Shown here: piece after piece, positions 60,479-64,000 of the stretch
Layout: each line of letters begins with the position of its first letter
Position numbering within the stretch: the first letter of the stretch is position 1
Assembly: GCA_963663405.2 (NCBI GenBank)
Contig: CAXXSM010000079.1
Coordinates: forward strand, 1 to 64,000
DNA length: 64,000 nt
Direction of reading: 5' to 3'
Source of the DNA: a bacterium
GTDB taxonomy: Bacteria > Hinthialibacterota > Hinthialibacteria > Hinthialibacterales > Hinthialibacteraceae
Program-made: the position numbers and the translations under genes
The notes under the pieces: model-generated
What the model was told of the DNA's origin: nothing
Seen by the model: the letters and a program-made list of their open reading frames with translations, nothing else
Database searches by the model: none

Positions 60479-61484
60479 GTAGCGCCTTTGTAGATGAACG
60501 CTGGACAAAGAAGTGATAAAAATCTGTTAGCCCCGCTCCTGTATAGTTCTTCGATGCGGTTTCAAATAGAATTTCCAGATTTTCATACAATTTATCTATA
60601 CTCTCCCGATCTGGAAATGTTGGGCTGCCGCCGGGCATAAATTCAGATGAATGCAACATAAATTCGACGCAACTTCGCTTTTCATGCAATGCGCGTTGGA
60701 CAATAGCCAGCATCGCATTCAGATTGTTTGTACCCGGACGAAGCCAGGACATTCGCAATAATCTATTCATCACTCGCCGAAGAAGAGAAATGTTTGGCGC
60801 CAGCTTTCGTATTGGTTCAAGCCAAACCCATTTTGTCGATATAATCGTCATGGGAACTTCGAGCAGTTTTGAGTTACCGGGTTGTTGTATGTTGTTGAGA
60901 TCGAGAAAATATGGCTCTTCTAAAAAATGGGTATAATCCGTCCCTCCATTTTGTTCTGGATCCCCCCGCACATCCCGCCAGGAAATATGCGGCGTGACGG
61001 AACAGTCAACCAGATATCCTTTCTCCTCCAGGATCGAGATATAGAATTCATTCAACGCCCACCGGCCGGAACGGTGACTGGTCATTTTTATCCCGAATGT
61101 GTCTTCCAATAACTGGGTCAAGTAATCAATCTTGTCTCGTATGATTTGTGGTGGATACTCGGTTAAATAGGGGAGATATTGATAATCATCATCCGTCAGC
61201 GCTTGAATCGGGGGTGAATTCCAAGCATGCAGGTGCATCCCGATTTCCCCCACTTTTCTCTGTATGACATCCCGGCCAAATTCTTGAAAGACAGGGTCGA
61301 TGGCCATTTCATAATTGGTTAAATACGTTGGTTTGAATCCATAGTGATCACAGAGTGATTGGAACCGGGGAAGGAATGAAGCGTTTTGTGTGGTTATATT
61401 TTTTGGACTGGTCCAAAGGTTATCCCCTTCCGTATCAATGGTTATCAAAAAGAAAGGTGGTTGTTGATCTTTCGTGCCATGCAT
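60471..61484 (-). CDS. WalW-like polysaccharide deacetylase
   Basis: FLITIDTEGDNLW, GEIGMHLHAWNSPP, SHRSGRW, MLHSSEFMPGGSP. Confidence 0.82.
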   Translation of the reverse strand: MHGTKDQQPPFFLITIDTEGDNLWTSPKNITTQNASFLPRFQSLCDHYGFKPTYLTNYEMAIDPVFQEFGRDVIQRKVGEIGMHLHAWNSPPIQALTDDDYQYLPYLTEYPPQIIRDKIDYLTQLLEDTFGIKMTSHRSGRWALNEFYISILEEKGYLVDCSVTPHISWRDVRGDPEQNGGTDYTHFLEEPYFLDLNNIQQPGNSKLLEVPMTIISTKWVWLEPIRKLAPNISLLRRVMNRLLRMSWLRPGTNNLNAMLAIVQRALHEKRSCVEFMLHSSEFMPGGSPTFPDRESIDKLYENLEILFETASKNYTGAGLTDFYHFFVQRSSTKALHE

Positions 61485-61598
61485 TTGACTGCGCGCCCCC
61501 CCTCATTTTCCTTTGCGCGTTGCGATCTCAATTATGATGGATTGTATATATTACATAGAGGTGGACCAAAGTCAACAATATGATTCCCACCTAACCAA

Positions 61599-62072
61599 TC
61601 ATGATAGATTGACGATGAGTTGCACTTCCCCACGGGGCAGGCGAAGTTCTTCAGCGATTTTTTCAAGCGGCCAGCCTTGGCGGTGGAGTTCGATAATGCG
61701 GTCTTTTTCTTTATGCTTGGAAAAACCCTGTTTAGGGGCGAGAGGGACGATACGAGCTGGAGGCTTTCCAGACTCAACCGGAGGAGGATCAATTTCCATC
61801 AGTTTCATTTCCATGCGTTCGCACATCGTTTGAATCGCCTGGGTTTGCACGCGCATTCGCTTCAGTTGAGATTCGGTGTAAATCTCAACGTTTTCGACTA
61901 AATCCTGCATAAACGTTTGTAAATGATGTAGATCTTTGACGGAAAGAGTCCCCGGTTTGGGGGGGCTGTGCTCGAATTCCCGCTCGACTTTAGTCAACCG
62001 GGTTTTCAACTGGAGCAACCAAGACACCAGTCCTATGTTGAGGAGAATCAACAAGAATTCAATAATCGACAT
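61599..62072 (-). CDS. Single-TM coiled-coil protein with C-terminal HTH (DUF2802/DUF6115-like)
   Basis: N-terminal TM; C-terminal IAEELRLPRGEVQLIVNL. Confidence 0.65.
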   Translation of the reverse strand: MSIIEFLLILLNIGLVSWLLQLKTRLTKVEREFEHSPPKPGTLSVKDLHHLQTFMQDLVENVEIYTESQLKRMRVQTQAIQTMCERMEMKLMEIDPPPVESGKPPARIVPLAPKQGFSKHKEKDRIIELHRQGWPLEKIAEELRLPRGEVQLIVNLS

Positions 62073-62210
62073 CACTGCCCTCAACCGAAAAAATCGGAAT
62101 GAAATCTATAGAAAATAAAGATAAAATTGGTTCATCCGGTAAGTAAATACGTAAAGTAAAAAATATTCTCTTTCCATGGAAGTTTGTGTATCCATGTTCA
62201 CCTATCAGTA

Positions 62211-62256
62211 TGTCCCTCCGGGACAAAAGAAAATAGCCCAGGGTTTTAACCCTGGG
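62211..62256. repeat. Pair of short intergenic palindromes (REP-like)
   Basis: TGTCCC-tcc-GGGACA and CCCAGGGTT-tt-AACCCTGGG. Confidence 0.5.
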
Positions 62257-62334
62257 GATAGAGGCATGTGCTTTCTCGTTATTAGCAGCATTTACAAATA
62301 GTACTCACTTACCAAATGAGCCATAAAATATACG

Positions 62335-62667
62335 TTACGCCTGAATATCCAGGATATGTCCATGAACGCCGTCGCTGGCGCGAGGCTGGGTTTGTGTTTT
62401 CTCTTTTTCATCCCGCCGCGCGGCCCGGCGGCGGGGGAGTTTTCTTTTGGAACCGGTGTCCCCGCGTTCCGTGTCTTCTTCGTTGATGCGGTCTTTCTCG
62501 CTCTGTTCCTTCGTTTCCCGGACAGAGCGCTGCTCTTCCAGGACATCTTCCTCGTTCTCCTGCATGAGGATAACAGGAGTCGATTGAACCTGCGTTTGCT
62601 GTGTCTGCTGCATCTGCTGCATCACAGGCATGTTGGCTAACGGATTCTGGAAGTCGGCGAGACTCAT
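62335..62667 (-). CDS. Hypothetical Gln/Glu-rich disordered protein
   Basis: Q-rich N-terminus, charged centre, C-terminal HGHILDIQA motif. Confidence 0.6.
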   Translation of the reverse strand: MSLADFQNPLANMPVMQQMQQTQQTQVQSTPVILMQENEEDVLEEQRSVRETKEQSEKDRINEEDTERGDTGSKRKLPRRRAARRDEKEKTQTQPRASDGVHGHILDIQA

Positions 62668-62779
62668 TCCCGCGCACCTGCCTCGTTCAAATCGTTACAA
62701 TACGGCGCGGCTATATTATAACAATTTTAACATGCAATACAAGCGGGTTTATTAAAAAGGATAGGCTATTATAGATAGA

Positions 62780-62817
62780 ACCGGGCAGGAGTAAAATTGT
62801 CACATCTCCTGCCCGGT
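62780..62817. terminator. Strong hairpin downstream of the 62834 gene (possible terminator)
   Basis: ACCGGGCAGGAG/CTCCTGCCCGGT perfect 12-bp stem; weak U-tract. Confidence 0.5.
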
Positions 62818-62833
62818 CACTAGGATTCGTCAA

Positions 62834-63835
62834 TCAATAATTCCCCCAAATCAACTTTTCATCTTGTCTTTTTAATTCATCTAGTGATACATTGTCCGGT
62901 ATATTTAGTTTTTCTCGTATTTTTCTCTCTCTTTGTTTCTGACGTTCCGTTTTTTCTTTACATACATTTCGAATCGAATGCCGCCATTTGATCAACTTAT
63001 CTTTTATGCATTGTACTTGTGTGGCTATATTCGGTTCTAAACTTTCAAGTAATTCTTGATCGAGGATGTTCGGATCGATGGTGTTTAGGAATGACGCCGC
63101 GCGCAACCGCAAATCTTCCCGGAGATTCTTGTCTTGAAGAGCGCTGATTAATTTTGGAACAGACTGCTCTTGATTTTTCAAGATTGCGAACGCTGAGGGC
63201 CAAAATTTAAGCCGTTGATCGGGTATAATCGTTTGATACGCGTCAATAGTGTTATCCCAAAGTTTTGAAAACATTGGTAGGCTCCCCGTCGCCAATGAAT
63301 CATCACCGATATAAACCGTGGAGAATTCGAGATACGGTTCGATTTGTTGAATCGAGCCAATACATCCAGAAATAAGAATGGCAGCCAACACGCGAGCAGG
63401 ATTGATTCTCTCTGGATCTTTTGAACTCACAGCCATCAAGCCATTCATTCCTTCAATAGGAAATCTGTTTTTCTTGGTCATCTCTTCCTTTAATAAAGAT
63501 GACAAATAATCATCTCGTTTTTCTTTAACTAAAGAACCAGACCAATACATTGCGAGTATCTCACGGCTTACGATACCGTTTTCAAGGTTTTTTATGCTTC
63601 CAAGCCGCATTTCCACAATTTTATCAACTCCATTCCTGTCATATGGGAAACCAATAAGTGTTTTAAGTATTTCATAATCTGCGATTTGTTTCTCATTTGG
63701 TAACTGTTGATTTCGAGATTTTTCAAGCAAAGATCCAATCGATGGATCTCCTAGTTCAACAGGCGGCCCATCTTGCGAAACAGATAGTTGAACGCTGAAG
63801 AGTAGAATGATTGAGGCTGCGTAATATTTGAACAT
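62834..63835 (-). CDS. Hypothetical secreted helical protein, AT-rich codon usage
   Basis: Signal peptide, AGGA RBS, 333 aa, HEAT-like segment near the C-terminus. Confidence 0.65.
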   Translation of the reverse strand: MFKYYAASIILLFSVQLSVSQDGPPVELGDPSIGSLLEKSRNQQLPNEKQIADYEILKTLIGFPYDRNGVDKIVEMRLGSIKNLENGIVSREILAMYWSGSLVKEKRDDYLSSLLKEEMTKKNRFPIEGMNGLMAVSSKDPERINPARVLAAILISGCIGSIQQIEPYLEFSTVYIGDDSLATGSLPMFSKLWDNTIDAYQTIIPDQRLKFWPSAFAILKNQEQSVPKLISALQDKNLREDLRLRAASFLNTIDPNILDQELLESLEPNIATQVQCIKDKLIKWRHSIRNVCKEKTERQKQRERKIREKLNIPDNVSLDELKRQDEKLIWGNY

Positions 63836-64000
63836 TGGTTTCCTATCCCCAACTCCTTGGTCTTATTCCATCTTAGGTACAGAAACATAACTAGCGGGAG
63901 AAATAGAGGTAACGCATGGAGTATATAATCTACGATGCGGATAGAATGTCAGGATGAGAATGACTTAATTAGAAAATCGGTTCTAATTGTTCCCCAATCC

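Noticed and set aside
63836-64000. 3' end of an upstream - strand gene
   Set aside because: All three - strand frames contain stops within this stretch; it cannot be supported without the next window.

Overview
Bacterial chromosomal window of about 45 protein-coding genes on both strands, with no rRNA, tRNA, CRISPR array or intact transposase. Recognisable genes include glnD, zwf, pilT, thpR, a CtpA-type S41 protease, a PiT transporter, GH5, a phosphotriesterase-like hydrolase, a B12 radical SAM enzyme, several GT-C/GT2 glycosyltransferases and LamG/BNR/dockerin-type secreted proteins. PT linkers, dockerin tails and a C-terminal V-x-x-W-x-L-Y tail suggest a Hinthialibacterota/Sumerlaeota-like lineage (inference only). 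Best leads: (1) an ORF-free ~170-nt transcription unit at 55651-55821 (-) with a sigma54 promoter, IHF site, GGA-loop hairpins and its own terminator, a candidate CsrA/RsmA-sponge sRNA; (2) a >1690-aa protein joining a UDP-glucose-dehydrogenase-like core to a RimK-like ATP-grasp domain; (3) GTAG-led REP-like hairpin families found with flanking-DNA duplications, a permuted copy and a chimera, plus a separate inverted-repeat element just upstream of start codons; (4) glnD translationally coupled to a degenerate GAF-HD-GYP protein. Seven genes are broken by small indels, six in short homopolymers, most likely assembly errors.
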